DNA of 64,000 bases. Origin: a virus. The translations under genes were made by a program, and so were the position numbers. This document shows, one piece after another, positions 62,915 through 64,000 of this stretch (position 1 is its first letter; the number at the start of each line of letters is the position of its first letter). Where the stretch lies: IMG/VR virus record IMGVR_UViG_3300025435_001056, positions 32,001 through 96,000 of that record; one strand, given 5' to 3'. The notes beneath the pieces were generated by a model, which had not been told where the DNA came from, ran no database searches, and saw only the letters and a program-made list of their open reading frames with translations.

Positions 62915-63615
62915 ACGCCAAATCTACCTTTCAACCCATAGTAGTTTTGTTGTATCTGTTCTACTGTGAGTTTGGTGTTATACAGTTCTAAATTGGCCAC
63001 ATAGCCCCAGGGCTGATCATTGGCCGTTTGTATATTACCCCAGGCATAGTGATACTGCCCAGCCACTGATTTGGCCACACTGGATCCAACCTGTTGGCCG
63101 TTGATATAGAATGTCTGACCTGAGGCATCGCCTACTGTGGCAAATTGGGCCCAGACATCACCATAGGCCGCCATGTTGTAGCCCGAACTGTTGAATCCAG
63201 TGTTAGCAGGAAGATTATCCCACATGCCCAACAGATTAGTCCCTGAATTAACAATGATGGCGTGACCGCCTGTTCCATAACATCTTAGCAGGGTTCTAAA
63301 AGGTGTTGTAGTGGATCTTACCCGCACCCAGCTGATGTAGGTAAAGTTTGTGGGTATCTGTATTGTAGTTGAGTTGGCTAGGATAACCTGCCCAGTGGCA
63401 CTACAGTTAAAACATTTTACGCCACTCAGCGTAGTATAAAGATTACTATTGCTCAAGGTATGTGTGTAACCATTTCCTGACAGGTCGTTTACAGTAGTTC
63501 CTGTGCCTGAATAGCTGGCAGCATTGTTGGCATCGAGATACAGAACCAGCCCAGTGGGCATGACGCCACCATCCACAACTCTTATTCCACGGAGTGCGAC
63601 ACCTTGTACGATCAT
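62911..63615 (-). CDS. LamG-like lectin domain virion protein
   Basis: GLVLYLDA...SYSGTG..V.DLSGN...IQQNY...RFG; start reassigned to 63615. Confidence 0.85.
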   Translation of the reverse strand: MIVQGVALRGIRVVDGGVMPTGLVLYLDANNAASYSGTGTTVNDLSGNGYTHTLSNSNLYTTLSGVKCFNCSATGQVILANSTTIQIPTNFTYISWVRVRSTTTPFRTLLRCYGTGGHAIIVNSGTNLLGMWDNLPANTGFNSSGYNMAAYGDVWAQFATVGDASGQTFYINGQQVGSSVAKSVAGQYHYAWGNIQTANDQPWGYVANLELYNTKLTVEQIQQNYYGLKGRFGV

Positions 63616-64000
63616 AGATACTCTAGGGCAACATGACAACACAACTGGCTGGAAGTACTACCGCCAGTTGAAGCACCTACAGCAATCCAGGTTCCTGCTG
63701 GAGTCCAACTAGTAATATCAATAGCATTGTCACATACTCCGGTGTCGCCAGTATACACATAGGCATATCGCTGTGCGCCTACTTTTCTAACCATGATACG
63801 GCTGGTTTGCCAGACGCCTTGATACACTACACCTGCTCTAAAGCTGACAGCGTTGCCGGTGGTAGCACCATTGCTATACCACTGTGTTCTAAGGTTAGTA
63901 TAAGTCAAGTATCTCAAGCCAACGGCACCGTTGGTTACACCTAATGGTTGCGAGGCACCGCCGTTGGTGTTGCCACCAAATGTGGCCCAGACACCATCTG
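63612..64000 (-). CDS. L-type (legume) lectin-like protein, 5'-partial
   Basis: Frame open to the window edge; DGVW..FG and VGASTGG motifs. Confidence 0.6.
   Translation of the reverse strand, partial: DGVWATFGGNTNGGASQPLGVTNGAVGLRYLTYTNLRTQWYSNGATTGNAVSFRAGVVYQGVWQTSRIMVRKVGAQRYAYVYTGDTGVCDNAIDITSWTPAGTWIAVGASTGGSTSSQLCCHVALEYL

Overview
A 64-kb segment of a large (probably jumbo) T4-like tailed phage genome using the standard genetic code. The host is likely a freshwater betaproteobacterium (inference). Phage origin is supported by T4-type late promoters (TAAATA/TAAGTA), repeated near-consensus sigma70 early-promoter cassettes, nrdA/nrdB/glutaredoxin with a free-standing HNH endonuclease, ATP-dependent DNA ligase, PAAR, a SleB-type hydrolase, a tailspike, and long collagen-like and lectin fibre genes. 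The segment carries many host-derived genes: IscU/IscA/radical SAM/CDGSH-like (Fe-S), ClpX, two ClpP, ClpS, GroES, GroEL, a small heat-shock protein, ribosomal protein bS21, MetK, UvdE, an amidinotransferase, a fatty-acid desaturase, pirin, several glycosyltransferases and a pyruvyltransferase. Strongest leads: (1) a phasin-like/DUF3563/micropeptide/GNAT/desaturase module with PhaR-type palindromes at its late promoters; (2) a probably head-packaged Pol-beta nucleotidyltransferase fused to an RNA-ligase-like domain; (3) a duplicated ROSE-like RNA thermometer with a compensatory base change, one copy driving only an 8-codon ORF; (4) Thr-rich, Pro-poor collagen-like fibres co-oriented with a glycosylation/pyruvylation cassette; (5) many accessory genes that appear to be leaderless. 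All functional calls come from motif recognition by eye; no database searches were run.
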